From Faecousia sp. (GTDB lineage: Bacteria; Bacillota; Clostridia; Oscillospirales; Oscillospiraceae): a stretch of DNA of 41,275 bases. The notes below the pieces were generated by a model, which was not told the origin of the DNA, made no database searches, and worked only from the letters and a program-made list of their open reading frames with translations. Shown in pieces: positions 25,063 through 36,184 of this stretch. The position numbers and the translations under genes are program-made. How positions within the stretch are numbered: position 1 is the first letter of the stretch; each line of letters begins with the position of its first letter. The stretch covers positions 1 to 41,275 of the forward strand of contig JAZSKZ010000095.1 of the NCBI GenBank assembly GCA_045535135.1, in the 5' to 3' direction.

Positions 25063-27438
25063 TCATTTAAACTCTGCAATTGTTACACCATCTTCCCCCT
25101 CGCCGTAGACGCCCAGCCGGAAGGACTTGATAAACTTGTTTCGCCGCAGAGCTTGGTGAACAGCATTTCGTAGTATACCTGTGCCTTTGCCGTGAATAAT
25201 GCGCACGCTGTGGGCATTACCACGCATAGCCGTATCCATATAAAGCTCCAGTACGTTAATAGCCTCCACAGAGTCCATTCCACGCAAGTCAATTTCAAGT
25301 GCCGGGGCAGCAGTTTGCATTTGGCGTCCGGAATGCGCTGGGCGGGTCGCTTTTTCCTTATAGGGATTATCGTTTTCCAAAAGGTAAATCTCGTCAGCCT
25401 TTGCTGTCATCTTAAGGATACCCGCCTGCAGCTGATAAGTTCCGTCTTTATTAATGGCAATAACACTGGCCTTTGTTCCGATTTTCAGTAGTTCCACCGT
25501 ATCGCCAACCAGAATACTGCGGGTCGGCGCAGGTCGTTCTTTTTGGGCTTGTCCGGCGTGAAGTTGGCTCTCTGCATCGTTCAGTCGCTTTCTAAGCTCC
25601 GTTTGCCGCTGATTAATATTGGTAGTATCTCCATCGGAAAGCTGCTTTTTAATCGCCCTCAGTTCCTCAGAAGCGGCATTGGCAGCACGGCGGGCATCTT
25701 CAATAATTGCCTGTGCTTCCCGTCTGGCTCGTTCCAGTGCTTTTTCTTTCTCCTGATCCAGTTGCCGGCGGTACTGCTCACTCTGATTCTTAATTTGTTC
25801 TGTTTCCTGCCGAAGCTGCTCTGCTTCCCGACGGGCGTGTTCCATTTGCTGTCTTTGCTGTTCCAGCTGAGAAAGCACATCCTCAAAGTCCTTATCGCTC
25901 TTTCCAACCAAGTCTGCCGCTTCTTTCAGAATCGTTTCTGAAAGTCCCAAGCGACGGGAGATTGCAAATGCATTGGACTTTCCGGGAATACCAATGAGCA
26001 GTTTATACGTGGGCTTCAATGTTTCCACATCGAACTCGCAGGAAGCATTCACAACGCCGGGGGTCCGCATAGCATACAGCTTCAGTTCCGCATAGTGGGT
26101 TGTGGCCATAACGGACGCGCCCATCTTCCGGCAATGTTCAATTAATGCAACCGCCAGCGCCGCGCCCTCTGCCGGGTCAGTGCCGGCACCCAATTCATCA
26201 AACAGCACAAGTGTACGGTCATCACAAAGCGATACGATCTCGACAATGGTACGCATATGGCTGGAGAATGTGGAAAGGCTTTGGGCAATTGATTGCTCAT
26301 CGCCGATATCTGCCAAAATCGTTTCAAATGTAGAAAGAATACTGCCACTTCCTGCGGGAATGTGCAGGCCGCATTCTGCCATCAGTGTAAGGAGACCGAC
26401 TGTTTTCAGCGTTACAGTCTTACCGCCGGTATTTGGACCGGTAATAATCATAGAGTCAAATTCTTTTCCCAAGTGAAGAGACACAGGAACAACCGCCTTG
26501 GGGTCAATGAGGGGATGCCGGGCATTTCGCAGCTCTACCACTCCCCTATCGTTCATTTCCGGCGCCCAAGCCTTCATTCGGTAAGCAAGCTTTGCCTTGG
26601 CAAAAATCACATCCAGTCGTACAAGGAGGTGATAATTTTGCAGAATATCTTCCTGCTTTGCAGCCGATTCCGCAGAAAGTTCAGCCAAAATCCGCTCAAT
26701 CTCTTTCTTCTCCTTGAGTTCAAGTTCCCGCAGGGCGTTATTGGCGTTGACGGCAGACATAGGCTCAATAAAGTATGTGGAGCCGGTAGCAGAAACATCG
26801 TGTACAAGACCAGGAACATCGTTCTTGCACTCACTCTTTACCGGCACAACATAACGACCCTGACGGATCGTAATAATCGGCTCACGAAGGAGCTTGCTAT
26901 ATCCCGGAGAGGAAATGATTTTTTGTAAAGAATCCCGGATTTTCCCGCTCTGAATCCGCATATGACGACGGATATCAGAAAGCGCAGGACTTGCCGTATC
27001 TGCGATTTCCTCCTCGGAGAGGAGTGCGCCAAAAATCCTGTCCTCCAAGTATTTATTGGGGCTGAGCATCCGAAACAGCGGGTCTAGCACCGTGTCCTTT
27101 TCGTCGTCAGATACATAGCTTTTTACCGTTCGGGTACAGCGTAAAACACCAGCAATGGAAAGAAGCTCCGCAGGCTGCAGGCAGCCGCCTCTTGCAGCTC
27201 GTTCCAAAGAAACGGAAACATCACTCACACCGGAAAATCCGGGATTTCCCTTCTGTGTACAAAGATCTGATGCCGCCGTTGTTTCAGCAAGAAGATGTCG
27301 GACATCCTCGACATCTGCCGTCGGCACAAGGGATAGGCAGGCCTTCTTGCCGTCTGCGCTGCCAGCACATTCTGCCAGCATTGTGAGCACACGGTCAAGC
27401 TCCAGCTTTACAAAAGATTTTTCGTATAATTGGTTCAT
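25063..27438 (-). CDS. mutS2: MutS2 (Smr-domain ATPase)
   Basis: TGPNTGGKT, QSLSTFSSH, DELGAGTDP, coiled coil, IIHGKGTG Smr domain. Confidence 0.97.
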   Translation of the reverse strand: MNQLYEKSFVKLELDRVLTMLAECAGSADGKKACLSLVPTADVEDVRHLLAETTAASDLCTQKGNPGFSGVSDVSVSLERAARGGCLQPAELLSIAGVLRCTRTVKSYVSDDEKDTVLDPLFRMLSPNKYLEDRIFGALLSEEEIADTASPALSDIRRHMRIQSGKIRDSLQKIISSPGYSKLLREPIITIRQGRYVVPVKSECKNDVPGLVHDVSATGSTYFIEPMSAVNANNALRELELKEKKEIERILAELSAESAAKQEDILQNYHLLVRLDVIFAKAKLAYRMKAWAPEMNDRGVVELRNARHPLIDPKAVVPVSLHLGKEFDSMIITGPNTGGKTVTLKTVGLLTLMAECGLHIPAGSGSILSTFETILADIGDEQSIAQSLSTFSSHMRTIVEIVSLCDDRTLVLFDELGAGTDPAEGAALAVALIEHCRKMGASVMATTHYAELKLYAMRTPGVVNASCEFDVETLKPTYKLLIGIPGKSNAFAISRRLGLSETILKEAADLVGKSDKDFEDVLSQLEQQRQQMEHARREAEQLRQETEQIKNQSEQYRRQLDQEKEKALERARREAQAIIEDARRAANAASEELRAIKKQLSDGDTTNINQRQTELRKRLNDAESQLHAGQAQKERPAPTRSILVGDTVELLKIGTKASVIAINKDGTYQLQAGILKMTAKADEIYLLENDNPYKEKATRPAHSGRQMQTAAPALEIDLRGMDSVEAINVLELYMDTAMRGNAHSVRIIHGKGTGILRNAVHQALRRNKFIKSFRLGVYGEGEDGVTIAEFK

Positions 27439-27440
27439 AG

Positions 27441-28202
27441 TTACTCCTGTGCCGGCGAAACCGCCAGCAGTGATTTATAAAAATCCAGTGCAGAAAAGCC
27501 ACGCTCCAACTGGGCGCAAAGGTAGCTTTCTGTGATTTGGGAAAGGGTCAGCAAAGTATCCTCTCCTGCCCGAAAAGAAAATAGCTTCTTGGGATGGCAC
27601 GCTTCAATATACCGTAATGCCGCAAGTACGCCGGCAGACACCGGTACACGAATTCCGTCCGCTTCCCTATCCCTACAGGCATCGCAGGTTAATATTCCCT
27701 GGGAAATATCCATAAACTGCGGAGTATCACAGCCACATTTATGACAAGCGGACAGATCCGGCGCAAAACCGGCTAAACAAATACTGCGAAATTCAAACAC
27801 AGCTTTAATTTGATTCTGCGAAAAATCCTTTCCCGACAAAACAAACAGGCAATTCAGCAGCAGTGAGAGAAGCTCGCCGCTGGGTACATCCTCTTGGGAT
27901 ACCACATCCGCAACCTGCACAAAATATGTAGCCAGGGAAAGCTTTTCAATGTCCTTCTGCAATCCCTGGAACAGTTCAATGCTATGGGCTTCATTAACGG
28001 TATACATCCCTCTGTATTCAAACAGAGTGAATTCACTGTAGGCCAAAAGCTGACAGGGCGCAGACAGAGTGCTCTTATTTCGCCGCAAGCCTCGTGCTTT
28101 CACGGTCAGCGCACCCTTATCCTCTGTCAGTACAGTCAGTATTGCATCCGCATCTTTATAGGGACTGACTCGCAGAACCAGACCCCGAACGGTCAGATAC
28201 AT
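27441..28202 (-). CDS. recO: DNA repair protein RecO
   Basis: GLVLR, ARGLRR, CHKCG...CDAC zinc site; follows era. Confidence 0.93.
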   Translation of the reverse strand: MYLTVRGLVLRVSPYKDADAILTVLTEDKGALTVKARGLRRNKSTLSAPCQLLAYSEFTLFEYRGMYTVNEAHSIELFQGLQKDIEKLSLATYFVQVADVVSQEDVPSGELLSLLLNCLFVLSGKDFSQNQIKAVFEFRSICLAGFAPDLSACHKCGCDTPQFMDISQGILTCDACRDREADGIRVPVSAGVLAALRYIEACHPKKLFSFRAGEDTLLTLSQITESYLCAQLERGFSALDFYKSLLAVSPAQE

Positions 28203-28296
28203 AGCCTTCCTCCGTCTTTTTCGCCTCATGGTAAAACAGGTACATCTCCGGCGCACCGGTTTCTAAAAACATTTCCCAAAAGAATGTGGAATCCAT
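28156..28296 (-). CDS. yqzL: YqzL-family small protein (46 aa; absent from ORF track)
   Basis: Hand translation MDSTFFWEMFLETGAPEMYLFYHEAKK...; GGAGG RBS; era-yqzL-recO context. Confidence 0.85.
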   Translation of the reverse strand: MDSTFFWEMFLETGAPEMYLFYHEAKKTEEGYVSDRSGSGSASQSL

Positions 28297-28350
28297 AATC
28301 ATCCCTCCAGATATAGGATGACCCCTTCCACCACAAAGTACCCTTGGAAA

Positions 28351-29235
28351 TTATTCTCTGTAACCAAAGTTTCGCACAAGGAAATCGCTGTCTCGCCAAT
28401 TTTCTTTCACTTTGACCCAAGTAGTAAGAAACACCTTTGTGCCCATAAACTTCTCACAGTCCGTGCGGGCCATAGTAGAGATTTTTTTCAGCATTTCGCC
28501 GCCTTTTCCGATAATGATACCCTTATGGCTGGGCTTTTCACAGTAGATTGTGGCATCAATATCGATGACACCATTGTCCCGCTCGGAAAATTTGGTGATT
28601 TCAACAGCTGTTCCGTGAGGAATTTCACGGTCCAAATTCCATAAAAGTTTCTCCCGGATAATTTCTGCCATAACCTGCCGCTCCGGCTGGTCGGTAGTAA
28701 CATCCTCGGGAAACAAGAAGGGGCTCTCTACAGCATATGCCCTACAGGTATCAAGCAGTGCATCCACACCATCTCCGGTTTTTGCGGATATAGGAATGAT
28801 AGCACGAAAATCTGCCGCACTTGCATATGTGGAGATTACAGCAAGAAGGCTTTCCTTTTCCACTGTGTCAATCTTATTGATCGCCAAAACAATCGGGCAT
28901 TTTTTCGCAGCTAGCTGTGCAATCAGCGCCTCTTCCTGAGGTCCAAGGGATGGGATAGGCTCAACTACAAGAACAGTCAAATCCACATCAGAGATAGATT
29001 CCTTGGTTACCCCAACCATATAATCGCCCAGTTTGGTTCTGGGCTTGTGAAAGCCCGGTGTATCCACGAAAACATACTGGGTGTCATCGTTAGTCAGAAT
29101 GCCGCAAATCCGGTTTCTGGTGGTCTGAGGCTTATTGGAAACAATGGCAATTTTCTCACCCACCAAGTAATTTGTCAGAGTAGATTTTCCCACATTGGGT
29201 CTGCCGGCAATGGCAATCATAGCCGTCTTTGTCAT
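28351..29235 (-). CDS. era: GTPase Era
   Basis: GRPNVGKST, PQTTR, DTPG, NKID, IIGKGG KH domain. Confidence 0.98.
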   Translation of the reverse strand: MTKTAMIAIAGRPNVGKSTLTNYLVGEKIAIVSNKPQTTRNRICGILTNDDTQYVFVDTPGFHKPRTKLGDYMVGVTKESISDVDLTVLVVEPIPSLGPQEEALIAQLAAKKCPIVLAINKIDTVEKESLLAVISTYASAADFRAIIPISAKTGDGVDALLDTCRAYAVESPFLFPEDVTTDQPERQVMAEIIREKLLWNLDREIPHGTAVEITKFSERDNGVIDIDATIYCEKPSHKGIIIGKGGEMLKKISTMARTDCEKFMGTKVFLTTWVKVKENWRDSDFLVRNFGYRE

Positions 29236-29251
29236 ATGCATTCTCCTTTGT

Positions 29252-29752
29252 TTAGTCCCGTGTTAAGCCGGGCACAGTAGCCGCAATCGCTTCTTCCCGG
29301 GCGCGCATCTGCGCCTTCTGTGCGCCTTCATCCAAATGGTCATAGCCTAATAGATGGAGCATGGAATGTATGGTAAGATATCCAATCTCCCGACGCAGAC
29401 TGTGGCCAAAGACCTTCGCCTGTTCCTTAGCCCGCTCCAAGGAGATACACATATCCCCCAACGGACAAAGGTCGGTTTCTACATCCAAATACTCAGTCCA
29501 ATCCGCAGGCGGATTTCCTGCTTCTAAATTAAACATAGGAAAGCTCAGAACATCTGTCGCTTTGTCCATATTTCGGCTTGCCGCATTGATGGCCCGTATT
29601 CCCTTATCGTCTGTTACCAGCACATTAATCTCGCAGGGAACAGCGATTCCCTCCTGCTCCAGTGTAGCGCTAATCGCCTTAGAAATTACAGAGGAAACTA
29701 CCGGCTTTAACAGTGTAAAGCAAGAAAAAGACATATTAATCTTTGCTTTCAT
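29252..29752 (-). CDS. ybeY: Endoribonuclease YbeY
   Basis: TDVLSFP, LGDMCIS, HSMLHLLGYDH. Confidence 0.97.
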   Translation of the reverse strand: MKAKINMSFSCFTLLKPVVSSVISKAISATLEQEGIAVPCEINVLVTDDKGIRAINAASRNMDKATDVLSFPMFNLEAGNPPADWTEYLDVETDLCPLGDMCISLERAKEQAKVFGHSLRREIGYLTIHSMLHLLGYDHLDEGAQKAQMRAREEAIAATVPGLTRD

Positions 29753-30753
29753 TGCTTTTTCTCCTTTGTAAACTTATTCTCTTTTGCGGAGGGCTTCTTT
29801 TCCGCCCGCTCATATGCAGAAATAATCTCCTGAACAAGCGCATGGCGTACCACATCTGCAGAGGTCAGCCGACAAATAGCAATATCCTTTACGCCATCAA
29901 GTACGCGCACCGCATCCTTCAGGCCGGAAACCTTATCGCCCGGCAAATCGATTTGGGTTACATCGCCGGTGATTACAATTTTTGAGCCAAAGCCAAGTCG
30001 GGTCAGGAACATTTTCATCTGCTCCTTAGTAGTGTTTTGCGCCTCGTCCAAGATAATAAAGCTGTCATCCAGTGTTCTGCCACGCATATACGCAAGAGGT
30101 GCCACTTCAATAGAGCCCCTCTCCTGATATTTTTGAAAGGTTTCCGGTCCAAGCATATCGTACAGGGCATCGTAAAGGGGACGCAGATATGGATCAACCT
30201 TATTCTGCATATCGCCGGGCAGGAAGCCAAGGCGCTCCCCCGCTTCCACGGCAGGTCTGGTAAGAATAATGCGGTTAACAGTTCGCTCCCGGAAGGCTGC
30301 CACTGCAGCGGCCACCGCTAGGTAGGTCTTACCTGTACCGGCAGGGCCGACGCCCAGTGTAATGGTGTTCTTCATAATTGCCTTCATATATTTCTGCTGA
30401 CCGACGGTCTTTGCCTTAATTGGCTTGCCTTTGGCGGTAATGCAAACTACATCCTTTGCCATTTGCGCGACCTGAGAATCATTTCCTTCGCTGACGAGGG
30501 TAATCAAATACCGCACCCGTTGTTCGTCAATGATTTCCCCTTTAGCGGCAAGCAGCAATAGACCTTCCAGGGTTCTTACCGCCATATCTGCTTTCTCCAC
30601 ATCGCCTGAAATGCGAAGTTCGGTATCCCGGTTGACAATCGTTACACCAAAGGCTTCCTCAATGCGGCGAATATTTTCATCAAATGAGCCAAAAACACTA
30701 ATGATATCCTCTACTCGCTCTGCATTTACTGTTCGTTCTGTAATCTTATCCAT
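29749..30753 (-). CDS. phoH: PhoH-family ATPase
   Basis: GPAGTGKT, TRPAVEAGERLGFLPG, MRGRTL, DEAQN. Confidence 0.97.
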   Translation of the reverse strand: MDKITERTVNAERVEDIISVFGSFDENIRRIEEAFGVTIVNRDTELRISGDVEKADMAVRTLEGLLLLAAKGEIIDEQRVRYLITLVSEGNDSQVAQMAKDVVCITAKGKPIKAKTVGQQKYMKAIMKNTITLGVGPAGTGKTYLAVAAAVAAFRERTVNRIILTRPAVEAGERLGFLPGDMQNKVDPYLRPLYDALYDMLGPETFQKYQERGSIEVAPLAYMRGRTLDDSFIILDEAQNTTKEQMKMFLTRLGFGSKIVITGDVTQIDLPGDKVSGLKDAVRVLDGVKDIAICRLTSADVVRHALVQEIISAYERAEKKPSAKENKFTKEKKQ

Positions 30754-31903
30754 TCTTTTTTATAAGCTCCTCATTTTTGACGCATCCTACAATTTCCAAG
30801 CAATTGTACACGCCGGTATAAGTATAAACGCCTTCACTGCTTTCGGATTCTTCTTCCTTGTGCAAAACAGTTCCGGCAATCATCTGACTGCGCAGATATT
30901 CCTCGGCATACACAGAAAGATAGGACATATCCGCAGCTTGCCTTGACTCCGTTTTGTAATAAGTGATCGTCTGTTTTACCAAAGCAATCGGCAACACGAA
31001 GCCATCCGGCAGAGTCAAGTATGTCCTTTCATACATTTTAACACAACTTGCAGGTGAAATTCCACTATCTTTATATAAATTTATCTGTTTTTTTCCAAAA
31101 ACGAGGCTATATTTTGTTGCCTGCCCGGTCTTCTCCCCTCTGAACAATGCGCTTTCCGGTGCAACCACCGTTAAATGATGTTCTGTTTCCCCATAAATCT
31201 CCGCTTCCGCATAAGAAAGATGCTGAGCAATGCCGTAATCCTTGTAGCCGGAAACAAGAACCTGCCCGGCTTTTACACCATCCCCCACCTTACAGAGAGG
31301 TGTGCCCTGCGTAACAGACAGCTTTCGTATCACACAATCCCGGGCAGCTACAATGCTGCAAGGCAGCTTTTCTATGGGTTTAACGGTCGGCGCCCTCTCT
31401 TTAACGGAAATGACGGCAACACAACCCATCGTATTTACCCCAACCCATTGCAACTCGGGAATCTCTTGTAGAAGCGCATTTTTTACTTTTTCACTGCGTA
31501 TATCCCGTCGTCTTGCCCCGAAATTTACACCGCAGGCAGATGCCGCTTCCACTATCTCTCGGTCAGATATGGTTTCGTTCCCTGATACCTGAACAAAATA
31601 AATATGCCCCGGAATATACACCACACAAAAAAGATAGAACACAATTCCTGCAAGCAACACGGGACGGCGAAGCAGTTCCATAGCCTTCCAATAAAGACCC
31701 GATTTCCCTCGGGGTATAACCTTACAACCGCTTTTCCTTAAAAGTCTTTCGATTCTAATTCCTGTCTGTACACTGACTGATATTTCTACCGTCAGCATAT
31801 CCACCATTTTTATATTGTGCAGAATATACCCCTGCTCAGCCAGTAGCAGTAAGGTCTTTTCCGGCTCGGAACTTGTAATTTCTAAAACAATTTTTCCACT
31901 CAT
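30746..31903 (-). CDS. yqfD: Sporulation protein YqfD
   Basis: TM helix followed by POTRA-like region, IVAARD, GDGVKAGQVLVSG; between yqfC and phoH. Confidence 0.9.
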   Translation of the reverse strand: MSGKIVLEITSSEPEKTLLLLAEQGYILHNIKMVDMLTVEISVSVQTGIRIERLLRKSGCKVIPRGKSGLYWKAMELLRRPVLLAGIVFYLFCVVYIPGHIYFVQVSGNETISDREIVEAASACGVNFGARRRDIRSEKVKNALLQEIPELQWVGVNTMGCVAVISVKERAPTVKPIEKLPCSIVAARDCVIRKLSVTQGTPLCKVGDGVKAGQVLVSGYKDYGIAQHLSYAEAEIYGETEHHLTVVAPESALFRGEKTGQATKYSLVFGKKQINLYKDSGISPASCVKMYERTYLTLPDGFVLPIALVKQTITYYKTESRQAADMSYLSVYAEEYLRSQMIAGTVLHKEEESESSEGVYTYTGVYNCLEIVGCVKNEELIKKNG

Positions 31904-32181
31904 CGCCTATTCCCTCCACACAGCAGTTGCACACATTCTACCCTGCCGCAGATAACCAGTTGCTGCCTGCTCATTTTCATAAGCTGTAGACTGCAGCCCT
32001 TAATTTGGATCTGTCCGTAGTGAACACGAACACGGATTTCTTCATTTTCGTAGTGAACAACACCGTTATGATGTTCGATAATCACTCGATTTTGCCCAAA
32101 GATTTCAATAAGTGGCTGTCCGGGAATCGGCTCAGCCGGCAAGTCAACCGCAAACGGTATTTTATCCAGTACTTTTTTCAT
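31900..32181 (-). CDS. yqfC: YabP/YqfC family sporulation protein
   Basis: PLIEIFG, IEHHNGV..Y....IRV, ICGRV. Confidence 0.9.
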   Translation of the reverse strand: MKKVLDKIPFAVDLPAEPIPGQPLIEIFGQNRVIIEHHNGVVHYENEEIRVRVHYGQIQIKGCSLQLMKMSRQQLVICGRVECVQLLCGGNRR

Positions 32182-32201
32182 ATCAACAGCTCCTTTTTCT
32201 A

Positions 32202-32246
32202 ATTCTATGAGGGCAGGTTATGAAATTTTACTTTTCGTCATAGCCT
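32202..32246. promoter_or_regulatory. Back-to-back sigE-like promoters of yqfC (-) and ylbJ (+)
   Basis: Minus -10 CATAGAAT (32202-32209); plus ttATG-N16-CATAGCCT (32239-32246). Confidence 0.6.
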
Positions 32247-32263
32247 CTTAGAGAGGTGGTTAT

Positions 32264-33280
32264 ATGAAAAAACACGCCCTACTCCCAGCTGTAATTTGCT
32301 GTAGTGCAATGGTATTACTCATCCTTGATGCCAAATGTGCCTTATCCTCCGCAAGAGAAGGAGTTGAAATATGTATTTATACTGTGATTCCGTCTCTGTT
32401 TTCCTTTTTCTTTCTGTCTGCTTTTATTAATGCAAGTCTTTTAGGTACCGGCAGTGCTGTTCTTCGCCCACTGGGCAGGCTATGCGGTATTCCCACAGGC
32501 GCAGAGCCGCTGCTTCTTGTCGGATTGTTAGGGGGGTACCCTGTTGGTGCTAAGAATATACAAAGCGCATATATGAACGGTCAATTATCTAAAGAAGACA
32601 GTATCAGGATGCTATCCTTTTGCAATAATGCCGGACCTGCCTTTATTTTCGGATTTTTGTCGCCATTATTTGAAAATAAATGGATTTTGTTTCTTATGTG
32701 GGCAATTCACATACTTTCTGCGATCCTGACAAGTTTAATTGTTCCATGTAATCCATTAGGTATATGTAAAATAAGTCCGTCAAAAGCGCCTACTATAACA
32801 TCATCAATGGAGTCTGCGCTAAAAAGCTCCGCACTTGTTTGCGGTTGGGTAATTATCTTCCGGGTTATCATCGGTTTTCTCTCACGTTGGTTTCTGTGGC
32901 TTCTTCCAAAAGAGGTGCAAATAATCGTTTCCGGTCTGCTGGAGCTTACAAACGGATGTGCTCTCCTAGGTGAAATCACCTCACTTCCTTTAAGATTCAT
33001 TATGGCAGAGTTGTTTCTCTCTTTCGGTGGAATGTGTGTGCTTATGCAGACAAGTGCTGTCAGCGCGCCGCTTCCAATTGGCAGTTATTTTAAGGGAAAG
33101 CTGATTCAGACGATAATTAGCCTTCTTCTCTCCCTCATGCTTCTGCCGATTCTTTACAATATACCATTATCCATGGCAATTTACGGGATTATTCCCATAC
33201 TGATTGTGATAACGAAAAAAGTAGTAGCTTTTACGGGAAATATGCGCTATAATAAAGAAAAAACCTACAATAAGAGGTAA
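32264..33280 (+). CDS. ylbJ: Sporulation integral membrane protein YlbJ/SpoVV
   Basis: VIPSLF.F, GLLGGYPVGA, FCNNAGPAFI, GLLELTNG, SFGGMCV..Q. Confidence 0.9.
   Translation: MKKHALLPAVICCSAMVLLILDAKCALSSAREGVEICIYTVIPSLFSFFFLSAFINASLLGTGSAVLRPLGRLCGIPTGAEPLLLVGLLGGYPVGAKNIQSAYMNGQLSKEDSIRMLSFCNNAGPAFIFGFLSPLFENKWILFLMWAIHILSAILTSLIVPCNPLGICKISPSKAPTITSSMESALKSSALVCGWVIIFRVIIGFLSRWFLWLLPKEVQIIVSGLLELTNGCALLGEITSLPLRFIMAELFLSFGGMCVLMQTSAVSAPLPIGSYFKGKLIQTIISLLLSLMLLPILYNIPLSMAIYGIIPILIVITKKVVAFTGNMRYNKEKTYNKR
33225..33253 (+). promoter_or_regulatory. sigA promoter inside ylbJ 3' end for the small Cys-rich gene
   Basis: TAGCTT-N17-TATAAT. Confidence 0.55.
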
Positions 33281-33284
33281 CACT

Positions 33285-33494
33285 ATGCTCTTTCGCAGAA
33301 AAATGCCCAGAAGCTGCTTCCACTGTTTATACGCATCCGTGCAAAGCGAAACGGAAGTTCTATGTATGAAACGGGGTATTCGTCCCGGCGATCTTCCTTG
33401 CCGGAAATTTAAATACGACCCCTGTAAGCGGATACCGCCCCGTGCCAAAGCGCCGGATTTTGAAAAGTATAACGAGGACGATTTCTCTCTGTAA
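33285..33494 (+). CDS. Small Cys-rich hypothetical protein (69 aa)
   Basis: GAGGT RBS, CxxC...C...C pattern, YDPCKRIP, terminator downstream. Confidence 0.8.
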   Translation: MLFRRKMPRSCFHCLYASVQSETEVLCMKRGIRPGDLPCRKFKYDPCKRIPPRAKAPDFEKYNEDDFSL

Positions 33495-33500
33495 CTGCAT

Positions 33501-33536
33501 AAAAAGCAGGCTGTTTCAAAAGAAACAGCCTGCTTT
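33501..33536. terminator. Bidirectional terminator
   Basis: AAAGCAGGCTGTTTC-AAAA-GAAACAGCCTGCTTT between convergent genes. Confidence 0.9.
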
Positions 33537-33539
33537 GAT

Positions 33540-36138
<2,599 letters not shown>

Positions 36139-36155
36139 ACAAATCCCCCCGGAGG

Positions 36156-36184
36156 AGTTTATGCCTCGCGGGATGGTTTATGAC
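36156..36184 (-). promoter_or_regulatory. sigE promoter of yunB
   Basis: Minus strand gtcATA-N15-CATAAACT; -35 overlaps pcrA stop. Confidence 0.75.
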
